From contig OX597822.1 of the NCBI GenBank assembly GCA_951406725.2, forward strand, positions 48,546,001-48,610,000: a stretch of DNA of 64,000 bases, written 5' to 3'. The position numbers and the translations under genes are program-made. This stretch comes from Octopus vulgaris. Lineage: Eukaryota. This document shows positions 1 to 16,754 of this stretch, one piece after another. The notes beneath the pieces were generated by a model, which worked only from the letters and a program-made list of their open reading frames with translations, was not told where the DNA came from and ran no database searches. The stretch's first letter is position 1. Every line of letters starts with the position of its first letter.

Positions 1-219
1 TCACTTTTGTATAAATTATATATTTGCCAAACTCACCTTAAAGAATACGTCTAACCAATATAATTTCTCTTGAATTATTATACGAGAATATTTATTCGGT
101 AAAAACGTATCGTTACATTTTTATTTTTCATACAAATAAACACATAATAAAATTAATCTCCACTGATGTTAAAAAAGTTTAACTTTTTGTAATTACACAA
201 ATATATAGTGGATATATAT

Positions 220-273
<54 letters not shown>

Positions 274-787
274 CAAAAAAATGTTAGTGCAATATGTGTT
301 TTGTTTATTCGCCGTATATGCTGCAGCATAGCGCTCATAGAAAACACCCTAATAACGCTGGTTGTTTAAATACCTGCACGTTATAGACCAAGCGAGTTGT
401 TCCACTTCGGATTCGAACCAAGTGTGGTGAATACCGATATTTCACCATTATTATGGCTCATCAACACCACGTAGTTGGATCGAGCCGAAGATGAACAGAA
501 TGCCAGGTCTATGAATATATAGAAATAGTGTAGGAAATATTTGGTGATGTGCTACGGCGATGCACATGTGAAAGTAAATTACGTTACAAATTTAAAGCAG
601 CACCAGTGGGTCTTTTGTTTGTTTTTTTTATATTTTCTGCGGGATGGAAGGCTTTTGTATGATTCAAAGGAAGATGACTAAAACAAGGTGCTTTCATTTT
701 ATTGCTCTCAAGCAGGCAGCAGGTCAAATTTTTCTCTAAATACTGGAGAGAACAGACACACGTATAAACGGTGTATATATATATATA

Positions 788-930
788 AAAGGAAAGTTTA
801 CGAAAATAAACAAAAGACGAAGGCAAGTGGAGTACAAACAAACAAATGTATTAGTATAGCGCTCAGGAATAGAAAAAAGTCTTTTACGTTTCTAGCCTAC
901 GCTCTTCGACTGAAAGATACACAGAAAAAA
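788..930 (-). mobile_element. PLE-terminal-repeat-like non-coding element (family P1), degenerate hammerhead
   Basis: Highly similar to 32013-32190 and related to 1355-1500, 27180-27370 and 30545-30735; minus strand reads GAAGAGCGTAGGCTAGAAACGTA; flanked by (TA)n. Confidence 0.55.
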
Positions 931-1018
931 TGAATATATATATATACACAAATTTATTGTTAACAAAAGTCGGGATGCATGGCGTCCAGTTATTCCATAA
1001 ATGAAAATGCATTAAATA

Positions 1019-1159
1019 TTAGGTTGTCCCAAAAGTTCGTAAACACTTGCGAAAATTGAATTTTTACTCGCCAAGTACTAACAAAAACAACAAAAATTAT
1101 TCCTCAAAATAAAGACCATTATTTTCCAAGACTTTCTACGAACTTTTGGGACAACCTTA
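1019..1159 (-). mobile_element. mariner-derived MITE
   Basis: TIRs TTAGGTTGTCCCAAAAGTTCGTA / TACGAACTTTTGGGACAACCTTA, TA on both sides; internal minus strand encodes KVLENNGLYFEE*, a mariner-like C-terminus. Confidence 0.8.
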
Positions 1160-1255
1160 TATTAGAAAATGTACATGTAGGACAGGCATAAGGCGATAAC
1201 TGAGGAAGAATAAGGGTCCTTGTGTCTGTCCTCGTGTATATATGCATGTGTGTGT

Positions 1256-1340
1256 GGGCAAGTGTATTCTACTATAGCCTCGGGCCGACCAAAGCTTTGT
1301 GAGTGGATTTGGTAGACGGAAACTGAAAGAAGCCCGTCGT
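1256..1340 (+). mobile_element. SINE family A fragment
   Basis: GGGCAAGTGT...GTAGACGGAAACTGAAAGAAGCCCGTCG core shared with many copies in the window. Confidence 0.8.
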
Positions 1341-1354
1341 ACACACACATATAG

Positions 1355-1500
1355 TTGAAATTTACTGAAAAACAAAAGACAAAAACAGGTGTATTAACAA
1401 CAAACAGGTGTATTAGTTTGACGCCCGAGAAGGTGAGAAAGTCATTTATGTTTTCAGCCTACGCTCTTCAACCGAAAGGATTAAGAGAAAATAAACAGAG
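1355..1500 (-). mobile_element. family P1 PLE-repeat-like fragment
   Basis: Shares GTATTAGT...AGCCTACGCTCTTCAAC with the 788-930 and 32013 copies. Confidence 0.5.
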
Positions 1501-1581
1501 AGAGATTAAAAAAAAAAACTTGTGTATTTAGCGATCAAGCATGCCGATTGATTAGGATGTGCGCGTGTGGGTTGTGGGTAC

Positions 1582-1783
1582 GCGCAGGAGTAGCTGTGTG
1601 GTAAGTAGCTTGCTTACCAATACCAACCACATGATTCTGGGTTCAATCCCGATGGGTTCAGTCCCGATGGGTTCAGTCCCACTGGGTTCAGTCCCATTTG
1701 GGCAAGTGTCATCTACTCTAACCTCGGGCCGGCCAAAGACTTGTGAGTGGATTTGGCAGACGGAAACTGAAAGAAGCCCGTCG

Positions 1784-1814
<31 letters not shown>

Positions 1815-2092
1815 TCATATATATATATGTGTGTGTGTGTGTATGTGTGTTTGTGTGTACATGTTTGTGTGTCTGTGTTTGTCCCCGCACCATCGCTTGA
1901 CAACCGATACTGGTGCGCTTATGTCCCCGTAACTTAGCGGTTCGACAAAAGCGACTGATAGAATAAGTACCAGGCTTACAAAGAATGAGACCTGGAGTCG
2001 ATTTGTCCGACTAAAAGGCGGTGCTCCAGCATGGTCGCAGTCAAATGACTGAAACAAATAAAAGCGTAATAGAGTAAACGAGTATATGTATA
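1582..2092 (+). mobile_element. tRNA-headed SINE family A, full length
   Basis: A-box-like TAGCTGTGTGG, B-box GGTTCAGTCCC, conserved core, central (TA)n(TG)n, 3' end GGCGGTGCTCCAGCATGG...TGACTGAAAC. Confidence 0.9.
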
Positions 2093-2504
2093 TATAACTA
2101 TTTAGACTTTGAGTATACACTTACTAGTATGGCGATTAAAGCACTTTCACTGTTTAGGCTACCTGATGTCATCAATAGTTCTGATATGTGTCACTGAATA
2201 TATACGTACAAACATGCATACATACATATATATGTTGTGGTGTCACACCACAAGACCCCTTTGAATGAACACATCCCTAGTCTCCCAGAAACAGCTGTAA
2301 GACTAACTTTCTCTTTATAAATGTTCTGAAAATTCCACACAGTCTTGGCTTTGTTGTGTCATTTTATTTAACATGCAGATGCTCATACAAGATCTGCCTT
2401 GGACTCCTCACTCGTATCATTATTGAACCGAGAGTTTGACTATGGTCTTTCCATAGCACTACCTGCCACCTTGGGTCTTCTGGATACCAGTACCTGTTAT
2501 CACT

Positions 2505-3565
2505 CAAGCCAAGCAAAAGTCACCAGGGGACTGTCTTGGGCCCGCTACTCTTTATAATTTACATGAACGACCTTTCCAGCGTCGTAAATCACTGCAAAGG
2601 GAAAATATTTGCTGATGACACTAAGCTCCAGCAAATCATCAATGAAGAAGAAGACCGAACTCAACTGCAGTCTGATCTATATGCTGTGAGTCAAAAAACA
2701 AAATGCAACTGAACGAGGAAAAATTTGAGCTGATGCATTTTGGAAGAAAGTCTATACTGAAACAGCCATACTTTCTTCCTTCAGGAGAACCGCTCACAGC
2801 ATCTAATAATATCAGAGACCTAGGTGTAATTGTTGATAACAATCCCAGTTGGAGTGCCCGCCTCAACAATGAGGTTGGTATAGCTCGTAGGATGAGCTCC
2901 TGGATCTTAAGAACCTTCCTGTCCAGAGAACAAGGTGTCATCATTCCACTTTTCTCCTCCTTTGTACGTCCACACCTCGAATACTGCTGCCCTTGTGGTC
3001 TTCCCATACAAAACAAAACATCTCGAGGATTGAATCATCTCAGAGGGCACTCACTAAACGAATTGAAGGCATGACTGATCTCGATTACTGGGACCGCCTT
3101 AAATCCTTGAAACTATACTCTCTCCAGCTCCACCGAAAGCTATACATCATTTACACGATGTGGAGATATATACCGCCAGCATTAGCCAAATGACCTGAAT
3201 ATTAGTTTCAAGATTCATCCAAGACTGGGACCACGGGCCATATGTCCCCTGCCCAATTCAGGATCACAACATATAGGTACACTGCGACACAATTTTTTTT
3301 TCCTAAACAGGCCTTGCCCTGTTTAACATTGTCCCAAAACTGATCAAAGAGGAAAAGGATCCCATCATCTATAAACGGAGTCTGGACAGATTTCTTCAAG
3401 GAATACCAGACAAGCCACCCATACCTGGATGCAACTCAACAAGAAATGACTACTTGAATGGACCATAAACAAAACTTGACTTAAAAAGGACTTAGATAAT
3501 CCTATCAGGTGGTGCTATTAAGTTAGAGATGGCCTGGACCAATCATTGGTCGAAACATATCTAAG

Positions 3566-3566
<1 letters not shown>
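2505..3566 (+). mobile_element. 5'-truncated CR1/L2-group LINE, RT C-terminal half, frameshifted
   Basis: QGTVLGPLLFIIYMNDL, IFADDTKL, IRDLGVIVD, RPHLEYCC, LDYWDRLKSLKLYSLQ; 3' stem-loop GACC..GGTC followed by (TA)n. Confidence 0.85.
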
Positions 3567-3630
<64 letters not shown>

Positions 3631-3944
3631 TATAAACGGTGGTGCATTAGCATGGCTGCAGCTCTGAGCTGAAACTAGAGAAAAAAAAAATACATAACGT
3701 CTACGCTCGTTTGACATTATATATATATATATATGTAGTAGTTAATAGAGAAGTGGAGCGAAGTTATTTTGGGGGGCTGAGATTAGGTTCTGTGGCCACT
3801 CAAATTTCACGAGTATCGTCGTTCATATGCAAAATTTTTTTCAGCTACAAGATATATTTATAACAAAAAAGATATGCGTGGGTGGCCTTTTAAATAGGAA
3901 AGATGGGGGAGATAAAAACAAAAATGAGTATGTGTACGTCCATA

Positions 3945-4298
<354 letters not shown>

Positions 4299-4474
4299 GT
4301 GAGTTCGCCCGTACACAAAAAATATATATGCATAAATACGCGTATACGCCTGCGGTAAAACCTCTTCATTTCCTGTTAAATGGCAGCCATTTATTCGGCT
4401 GTCTGTCGATATGAAAATGTGTCGTGCATCTACTTAATGAGGCTTCCGACACATTGTTGATTACATATATACAC

Positions 4475-4525
<51 letters not shown>

Positions 4526-4727
4526 TATATATATATACATAATTCTATGTATGTATGACTATGCATATATGTGTATGTACGTATGTATGATAATATGTAT
4601 GGATATGGTTTAATTGCATGCTCACTTATGGACGCGTTTATACATATGCATATTATACACACAGACATGTATATATAAACATATTCACAAATGCAATTAA
4701 ACATATGTATATATATATATATGTGTG

Positions 4728-4856
<129 letters not shown>

Positions 4857-4899
4857 CGATATATTATATGGTTTTCTTTAAGCATTGTCGATTTTTACA

Positions 4900-5119
4900 A
4901 TTCTGTAAATAATAATGATAGTATTTCATAAGCTTAAGCTTATAGCGATCACTGTGCGATGACTGAAGAAAATAGTCTAATAATCGGGCATATAAGCTCT
5001 CGACGGAAAAAAGTAGAGCTTCTATGCCCCATCATTAGGCTATTTTCTTTAGTCATCACACGATGATCGTTATAAGCTTTAAGCTTATAAAATACTATTA
5101 TTATTATTATTTACAGAAT
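4900..5119. repeat. foldback inverted repeat, ~100-bp arms
   Basis: 4900-5000 is the near reverse complement of 5015-5119; 14-nt spacer. Confidence 0.9.
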
Positions 5120-5641
5120 ATATATATATATATACATGCAAACATTATTATTTCTTAATCTCTCACAGAGAGACATTCAGTAATAGTTCTTTAAAGTAAA
5201 GAATATTTGCCAACACAATGGGGCTGTCCTCGAAGGAACGATTGTTAATGTTGTTTAGCCGTAGGAGAGATCGTTTTCAGCTGGGTATACGACACAATAT
5301 CTGTGTATTTATATTTTGGAATAGGGAGTCCAGCACCCCCATCCAGAACAAAGTAACATCTCTGGACCTGTTTGTGGGTTAATGTCCTTTATCAAGACAG
5401 AGTAGCTGCTTGGCTTGGTGGCGTTACTGAATTTCCGTTCGAAAATATACAGTTTTCAAAGTGACACACAGTTACTAATCTAATAAATAAAAACATTGTA
5501 TATATATATACACATATACATGCACGCATACACATATATATACATAGATACACACATACATATATATGTACATAAATATATGCATATATACACATATACA
5601 TATACATATATGCATGTGTATGTGTATATATTTATATATAA

Positions 5642-5686
<45 letters not shown>

Positions 5687-5694
5687 TGTGTATG

Positions 5695-5744
<50 letters not shown>

Positions 5745-6044
5745 TGCATATTTACGTACAGGTACAGCCACATCCGCATTTAAACACACATAAACGTATG
5801 CATATACAAAATATATGCGCGCATATGTTCTCACTCAAACCGAAATATCACAATGGTATTTACAAATATACATAAGTCCATACATCCAGGCAATGTGGAA
5901 ACTAAATAAACATTAAAAAATGAAAACGAAAATATTACAACGAAAAATATATAATATATTATACATTTAATACAGTACATGCTTTATGTAAAAGAAATTA
6001 TATATATATTCATGGCGCATAAATTATACATACACATACATCCG

Positions 6045-6159
<115 letters not shown>

Positions 6160-6333
6160 TCCCAGATGAACCTACCTCACGGCAAGAGGTGCAAATGAGA
6201 GTAGCTATGCCAAACTCCATTCTTCACCAAGTGCCACATATTAGAGGAGGTTCTTCGTAATAACAGTGTAGCACAAAAACGGCGGTGCATCAGCATGGCC
6301 GCAGCACTGAGCTGAAACAAGCAAAAGAAAAAA

Positions 6334-6385
<52 letters not shown>

Positions 6386-6520
6386 TACACACATACACAC
6401 ATATATAGATGCATATACATACATATATACACATATATGTGTATATATATAAATGTATATAGATAGATTGATAGATGCCTTATACACATATTCAATTATA
6501 TAGCTATTAAAATGCTGAGA

Positions 6521-6878
6521 TGTCGGTGTCGTTAAGAAATTCGCTTTCCAACCATATAGCTCTGCGTTCAGTCCCACCGCGCAGCACCTTGAGTAAGTGT
6601 CTTTTACTACAGACCCTGTGCAACTAATGCTCTTTATGAATAAACTTGGTTGGTGGAAATTGTGTGGAAGCCTGTTGTCTATGTATGTGCGTTTATTTTT
6701 TCTGTATCTGTGTTACTCTTCCAGAGCTTGATAATAGGTGTTGTGTCTACATCCCGGTAACTTAGCGATAGAATAAATCCTAAAGTTTAAAGAATCAGAA
6801 TTTCTGGGATTGATTTTTATGACTAAAACATTCCAAGGCGGTGCCCTAGCATGGCCGGAGACCAATGACTGAAACAAA
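6521..6878 (+). mobile_element. SINE family A, diverged copy
   Basis: GTTCAGTCCCAC head, TAACTTAGCG, GGCGGTGCCCTAGCATGGCC...GACTGAAAC tail. Confidence 0.75.
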
Positions 6879-7125
6879 AACTATAACACGGTATAGTATA
6901 TGACATTGTGTGACGTTGTAACATACTATAAGCGATAAGCTGCATTTCCGATTTCTTCAGGAGAGTTCTCAGATCTCAGACTCCTTCAGAAGAGACATTT
7001 ATTGACTTCAAAGAAGTACAAAACTCTGACTTCAGTGCACTTCTATATTTAAGAGATGAGGAATTATGTACATTATTTACATTATTTACATTTGACGGAT
7101 ATTTGTCCTCATCTTGTTTGTTGTT

Positions 7126-7171
7126 AACACAACGTTTCGGCTGATATACCCTCCAGCTTTCATCAGGTGTC
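7126..7171 (-). ncRNA. minimal type I hammerhead ribozyme motif
   Basis: Minus strand: GACAC CUGAUGA A AGCUG-loop-CAGCC GAAA CG UU GUGUU; helix I GACAC/GUGUU, palindromic ACGU helix III. Confidence 0.8.
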
Positions 7172-7221
7172 TTTGGGAAAGTTCGAACCTGGCTCCACAT
7201 TCCTAAGGTATTTTTCGATGA

Positions 7222-8423
<1,202 letters not shown>

Positions 8424-8496
8424 CCTCATTATTATTATCCTCATTATTATTATTCAGGTCACCGCCTGGAATCGAACTCGGAATCTTGGGGTTAGT

Positions 8497-9080
8497 CTTG
8501 TAACACTTGAGCCATTTCGTGAAGGCCTCATGGAACTCCTCCAAAGTGATGGTGTCCAGAACCCTTGTCTCAGCCTGAGGTTCTTCTTCAGTTTGGAGAG
8601 CAACCAAAGGTCAGAGGGAGCAAGGTCTACACAGTTGGTAGGTCGAGGGACAATTTTAATGCCCATCTCTTTCAAGCAGTCGGTTACCAGGATTCTCGTT
8701 ACTGACTGCCCGGGAAACAAATTTTGCGCAAATTTTGCGCATGTCCAGGTTTTCATAAATAATTCTGTATATTGTTGCTGCACCCAACTCCAGACTGTGT
8801 GCTTCTAGTCTTTATTGACTCACGACGGTCTTCGTTCAGAAAATTGCGATTTTCCTTAACCAGCTCCGATGTTCAAACATCCCTCTCCCTCCCACACTTC
8901 TAATAATCTTTCTCCTCCTCTCCACCGTCTTTGAACCCCTTAGTTAGCGAAGAAGTTAATCCAGCAATCAGTGTAGAGTATTTCATTAATTTTTGTAGCG
9001 TTTTTACCCAATTCAATATAAAACTTTATTTCTTACATCGTGAGCTTCCAAATTGTCTTCACGTGCTTACAGATTTTGCA
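8497..9080 (-). mobile_element. mariner transposon relic, internally deleted
   Basis: EMGIKIVPRPTNCVDLAPSDLWLLSKLK resembles mariner HPPYSPDLAPxDFWLF; EAFTKWLKCYK C-terminus; HTH-like LGKNAT remnant near 9000. Confidence 0.75.
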
Positions 9081-9695
9081 AAGTAGTCAGATGCGACAAG
9101 CAGTGTTTACTAAGGTCTGTTCAAAGTGCTGTTACATCCATGGAATACCAAAAGTTGGCAGCTCAGCTTATTAGATCTAATGATATACTGTACTGTCTTA
9201 ATCTAGGACAGTTGTAACTGCTTCTCCTAAAAGTCGCAAAACGTCTAGAATACATATCGTACATATAATGCGTACATCTCATATTTCACAGGGTGGATGG
9301 ATCTCCATCACTATCGACGATGAAGACTCAGTTGATTAAACAACTCAATTACTTATTAGCATGTAAGAGGCTACGTATTCCGTTGACATGAATACTCTTA
9401 AAGAAATTCTCTGCTGGTGATTCTCAGATAAAATCAGCGTTGACATAATGTTTGTGACAAGGCTGTACGTTTGAAATGCTGGTACTTTTAAGGTATGAGT
9501 GGATCAGAGATTCGAGTAAAGAACACGTGTCGAAGAAGTCAGGCAGCGAGATCTAAACCAGGTCATGGACTGAGAAGCGGTCTTCCTGATCTTTCGGTCA
9601 TATTGCGATACATTATATAGAATAGAAATTTAAATAAAAAAAATTTAATCATGAGACATAAAACGAAATGAGCTAATTAATATAAAAATACTGAT

Positions 9696-10260
9696 TTCAA
9701 ATTTTGGCACAAGGCCAGCAACTTCGGGGGAGTGGACAAACTGATTACATCGACACCAGTGCTCAACTGGTACTTATTTTATCGGCCCCACAGCGGAATT
9801 TGAACTCAGAACGGAAAGACAGACTAAATGTGCTAACGTTTCTTATTTCTTTATTGCCCATAAGAGGTTGAACATAGAGGGGACAAGCAAGGACAGACAA
9901 AGGGATTAAGTCGATTACATCGGCCCCAGTGCGCAACTGGTAATTAATTTATCGACCCCGAAAGGATGAAAGACAAAGTCGACCTCTGCGGAATTTGAAC
10001 TCAGAACGTAACAGCAAACGAAATACCTATTTCTTTATTACCCACAAGGGGCTAAACACAGAGAGGACAAACAAGGACAGACAAACGGATTAAGTCGATT
10101 ACATCGACTCCATTGTGTGACTGGTACTTAATTTATCGATCCCAAAAAGATGAAAGGCAAAGTCGACCTCTGCGGAATTTGAACTTAGAACGCAGCGCCA
10201 GACGAAATACCGCTAAGCATTTCGCCCGGCGTGCTAACGTTTCTGCCAGCTCGCCGCCTT
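9696..10260 (-). mobile_element. three stacked SINE family B copies
   Basis: Repeated GCGGAATTTGAACTCAGAACG and GTCGATTACATCG; head GGCGGCGAGCTGGCAGAA on minus at 10240-10258. Confidence 0.85.
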
Positions 10261-10614
10261 CTTTGGGAAGTAGTGATGAAGGCTCCTCACTGCATTCGTT
10301 AACCACTCAGCAATGGCGCCGAAAGGGCGCACTAATAAATATAAAAATATTAAATGATGTCATGATAAAGCAAAGTTATTGATAACACCGAGAGGAAGGT
10401 GCTTTTTTCCCCACTGACCAAAGTGGAGCTTTGGCCAGGAGGAACTAATGTCATCGAGCGATATCCAACGATCATCGGGTGTTTCGACCCTGAACCGTTA
10501 CGCCTTTCCGTTGGGGGGAAGGGGTCAGCAGAGGTGGCCAAATCACTGATCATCGTCTCCTCCTGGCTTCCAGCTTAACTCTTCCGTCGTCGTAACCGAC
10601 GGAGTACCATGGTA

Positions 10615-10674
<60 letters not shown>

Positions 10675-10686
10675 ATATGTATATAT

Positions 10687-10871
10687 GTGCACAGGAGTGG
10701 CTGTGTGGTAAGAAGCTTGCTTCCCAACCACATGGTTCCGGGTTGAGTCGCTTTGTGTGGCACCTTGGGCAAGTGTCTTCTGCTATAGCCTCAGGCCGGC
10801 CAAAGCCTTGTGAGTGAATTTGGTAGATGGAAACTGAAAGAAGCTCGTCGTATATATACATATATATATAT

Positions 10872-10903
<32 letters not shown>

Positions 10904-11140
10904 CTGTGTGTGTGTGTGTGTGTGTGTGCTTGTGTTTGTGTTTGTCCCCCCAACATCACTTGACAACCGATGCTGGTGTGTTTACGGCCCTGTAACTTAG
11001 CGGTTCGGTCGGTAAAAGAGACCGATAGAATAAGTACTAGGCTTACAAAGAATAAGTGCTGGGGTCGATTTGCTTGACTAAAGGCGGTGCTCCAGCTTGG
11101 CCGCAGTCAAACGACTGAAACGAATAAAAGAATAAAAGAA
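10687..11140 (+). mobile_element. SINE family A, full length
   Basis: Complete head, core, central microsatellite and (AATAAAAG)n tail. Confidence 0.9.
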
Positions 11141-11181
11141 TATGAGCTATATATACATATATGAGTTATATATATATATAT

Positions 11182-11308
11182 AGCCGAAATTACTACGATG
11201 ATCCGGTTCTTGACTGAAGACTGAGGGTTTCGAATGTCCTGTCCGTGTTTATTGTATCGTCTTCTAAGAGTTATACGTTCTTGTCCATGTTGTATTTTTC
11301 TACATACC

Positions 11309-11312
<4 letters not shown>
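11182..11312 (+). mobile_element. short element (family P2) in (TA)n, probably PLE-terminal-repeat derived
   Basis: GCCGAAATT...GACTGAAGA...CGAATG organisation shared with 22263-22320. Confidence 0.4.
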
Positions 11313-11346
<34 letters not shown>

Positions 11347-12065
11347 TTTACGTGTGTGTATGTTTGTACCAGTAGCCATGAACTCAGCACCAAAGAGCAG
11401 AAGGAGGAGTTCATTATTTTAGTAGATATATTTTTTCACTAAGTTCACCGATTGACCTTGTTTGTAAGAAGATCTTATTCAGACGTCGCTGACCTTATTT
11501 TAATGGTTTATGTTTGGCGGGCAAAAATAATGGACGGGTATCAGTTTATCTTTGACGGCACAGATTCTCTGTTTATAATTTTCTTTGTTTTTGTCTTTTT
11601 TGTTTTATGTTTTATATAATATTTTTCCTCCATTTTTTCACATAAATTATATAAATAATTTCAGCTTCTCTCTCTCTCTCTCTCTCTCTCTTTCACATAC
11701 GCTATTTCATCTATCTAGGAGAAACAAGAGGAAAAGAGAGAAGGAAGCTCTGATACAAGTATAAACATCTGCATACATATTATCTGTCATTCTGGCTGTA
11801 TGATTTTTTATCTATATATACATCTGTCTTCGCGATATACTTCTCTGACGCCCTGTCCATTGTCTTTAGTTGTGTGTATGCGTGTGTTTGTGTGTGTGTG
11901 TGGGTGTGTGTGTGTGCGTGCTTGTGTGTGTGTGTGTGTGCGGGTGCGTGCGTGCGTGCACAAATATATATACACATACAAATAGCTACATACATATATG
12001 TGTGTATATACATGTATATATATGTATGTATATATATATCTATGTATATGTATATATGTGTATAC

Positions 12066-12096
<31 letters not shown>

Positions 12097-12549
12097 TGTG
12101 CGCGTGTGTGTGTGTGTGGGGGGGGGGGGTGCGTGTGCGTGTGTGTGTGTATGAAGACTATAAGAAAAATGCTTCAAGGAAACGTTCTGAACGGTGCACA
12201 TTAAGTAGAATATACAGTGTCACATACGTATATGGAGTTAAAACTTCTCAATCAGCCGAGACTGTCCCCTAAATTTAAAGGCAAAACTTTTTTTAGGGGA
12301 TTATTAAAAATCAACAGAAAACAAATGGGACAACTGGACCGATACCTGCTGATTCAAGTTTCCGGTCCGTTACGACAATGTCGTTGAGGAATGTTCCTCG
12401 ACTGTATAATGAAATGGTGAAAGCAGTGGACATGTTTCAATCTATTTAGATCTCTTCAGGGAAGTATATTTAATTGGTGTTGGCTTGGCTAGAATGGTCA
12501 GATTATATATATAGGAAAGAAGGAATTTACTATATTGTGTGGCAACAGT

Positions 12550-12569
12550 ATACATACATACAGTGTGTG

Positions 12570-12625
<56 letters not shown>

Positions 12626-12660
12626 CATCTATCTATCTATCCATCCATCTACCTACCTAC

Positions 12661-12749
<89 letters not shown>

Positions 12750-12793
12750 CATCCATCCATCCATCTACGTATCTAGCTATCTACCTATCTACC
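12550..12793. repeat. (TATC)n microsatellite
   Basis: Direct. Confidence 0.95.
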
Positions 12794-12807
12794 TAGGTTT
12801 ACATATA

Positions 12808-12925
12808 CTTTAGCATTTCTTCTGTCTTCATGTTCTGAGTTCAGATACCGCCGAGGTCGACTGTGCTTTTGATCCTTTCGGGGTTGATAGAATAAGTACC
12901 AGTTGAGCTTTTGGGGTCGATGTAA
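12808..12925 (+). mobile_element. SINE family B fragment
   Basis: GTTCTGAGTTCA...CCGCCGAGGTCGAC...TAAGTACCAGTTG. Confidence 0.7.
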
Positions 12926-13056
12926 TCCATGTCTGTGCAAAGGAAAACTCTGAAGTTTGTGGAAGAGAGCATAAACAAAATGAGTAAGGTTACTTTTAAG
13001 TGGAAAGGAATTCACGCAGAGTGAATTGCAAAAGGTCGTACCATTATTATTATTAC

Positions 13057-13143
<87 letters not shown>

Positions 13144-13148
13144 CATCC

Positions 13149-13959
13149 AGTAGTTTTATTTTTATAGCGTGCTTTCACTTCACTACCGAGCGCAGCTCTG
13201 TGTGCCTTAGGTATGTGCTGTGATTTGTTGTGATGCTCTGATGGTTATTGTATGGAAAGTGTTCTGCGTAGGATGTGTGCAGTGCCTGGTAGTGCAATTT
13301 TCTGTATGTTATATGTGTTTGTAAGTCCTGGTGTTTTTGTTATGTATTTGTCTGAATATTTTTTTATCCTGCCTAATGCACCTACTATGATAGGAATTGT
13401 TTCTGTTTTTAGATTCCACATTCTGGTTACCTCTATTTCCAGGTCTTTGTATTTTGAAAGTTTCTCTATTTCTTTTAGAGACACGTTGTCATCTGCCGGT
13501 ATTGATACATCAATTAGAAAGCATTTTTTTCTTCATGGTCTCTGACAACTATATCTGGTCTGTTGGCCTTAATTTCTCTATCTGTGTGTATCGGCATATC
13601 CCAGTGTATGGTTGCTTTCTCGTTTTCTGTGACCTTTTCTGGTATGTGCCTATACCATCTTTTTTCTGTTGTTATTCCATAATGTTGGCATAGCTTCCAG
13701 TGTATGTAGGTTCCAACTCTGTCATGTCTGTGAATATATTCCTTCTTAGCCAGGACTGGGCAGCCAGAGATTAATATGATTTATTGTTTCCTGTCCATCT
13801 CCACATATTCTGCAGTTACTTGTTATATTTCTTTTCATTACATGTTTTTGGTAATTTCTGGTGAGGAGGCTTTGGTCTTTTGCTGCAATTAAAAATCCCT
13901 GTCTCTGCTTTGAGTCCTGAGCTTCTCAACCATTGCTGGGATTTTTCTTTGTCTATTTC

Positions 13960-13962
<3 letters not shown>
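13149..13962 (-). mobile_element. 5'-truncated R4/Dong-like LINE, family L-A
   Basis: Near-identical to 7322-8130 with the same 3' end abutting (TAA)n. Confidence 0.9.
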
Positions 13963-15530
<1,568 letters not shown>

Positions 15531-15583
15531 TTATTATTATTATTATTATTATTATCATTATTATTATTATTATTATTATTATT

Positions 15584-16610
15584 GCACCTAACATTCTCAG
15601 CTTGTTCCTGAAAGTGCCATTACATTCGCATGAACTCAGCTTGTACTTTCTTTTCAAGTCTCGAGAACTTTCCAGAAGATTCCTTCCTTGCACTGCCAAG
15701 TAATGCTGCATTCTTCATGTGTCCTAATTTCCATTTTTATTCTTATCTTTTCCCACCAATTTCTAATTTCTTTGCTCTCAATATCTCGTCCACCAATAAT
15801 TATTGGCACAATGTATATCTTTTTCATCGACCATAGCTTTTTGATTTCTCTCTTTAGAGCTTCTTATCTTGCCAGTTTTTCTCTTTTCTTTTTTCTCGAC
15901 GAGTCTTCTGTCTCCAGGGCAAGCTACCTCCTTGGAAGATTCCATCTTTGATGTTAACAGAACCCAACCTTTGTCTTCTTGATGTGATTCCAGTCGACCT
16001 TTTATTCATAGTTTGATTCTGCAGATTCACGATATTGTGTGCAATTCCAAATATTTTCAAGCCCTCCAGAATCCATGAATGAGGAATTATATAATATGCT
16101 TACCATAAGTCTACGAGGGGTTGTTCAGAACTCCCTGGCATTAAGAGTATCGCGAAAGGTCTGGTTGGACGCCCAACCTTCCGAATATATCAACAGGGCT
16201 TAGAAAAACTGATGGACCAAGTGTGTAAATCTGAAAGGGGGATATGTTGAAGAAAATCATTATTAACAAATCCTCCTGATTTTCTTTTGCTCAAAGCCAG
16301 GAACTTTTCAGCACCACCACGTATTCACACCATCCCCAATTTCGTTTTGCACTTTTTGCAACCTTTCGGTTCTGTCTTGTCTATCAATAGTTGATCGTCG
16401 TCTGTTCCTCTGCATCCTCGTTCGCATCCTTTTTGCTCTTCCGGTAAGGTGTTATTCTGATCCATGAATTCGTAGATTGCATCTGCCCATATTTCGGTTA
16501 ACAGCTTCCACATGATGGGTAAAGATGCTAATTGGCCCGAAGCTGTCAACAGTTTACCTTGACACTTCTTACTGACTGTTCTGCCTCTGGATAATCAGCT
16601 TGGGATTTGT
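15584..16610 (-). mobile_element. decayed R4-like LINE (RT and RLE remnants), family L-C
   Basis: LPIMWKLLT, LPEEQKGC, DQLLIDK, IPHSWI, GIFQG; C-terminal remnant 15584-15850. Confidence 0.75.
16114..16321 (+). mobile_element. mariner-derived MITE inside a LINE
   Basis: Imperfect TIRs CGAGGGGTTGTTCAGAACTCCCTGGC / GCCAGGAACTTTTCAGCACCACCACG; TA duplicated at 16112-13 and 16322-23; removal rejoins the LINE RT region GMVW-ID..KAY. Confidence 0.75.
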
Positions 16611-16629
16611 GTGTCATTATTATTAAAAT

Positions 16630-16702
<73 letters not shown>

Positions 16703-16754
16703 TATCATCTTCATCCACATCCTAATCATCATCATCATCATCATTATTATTATT

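Noticed and set aside
374-508. Possible minus-strand exon with AG/GT ends
   Set aside because: Stops in all three frames; no support as coding
3525-3566. Hammerhead at the LINE 3' end (GACC..GGTC GAAAC)
   Set aside because: No CUGANGA upstream; better explained as a LINE 3' stem-loop
6935-6965. CTGAAGA..GAAA on the minus strand
   Set aside because: No helix II or helix I pairing; likely chance
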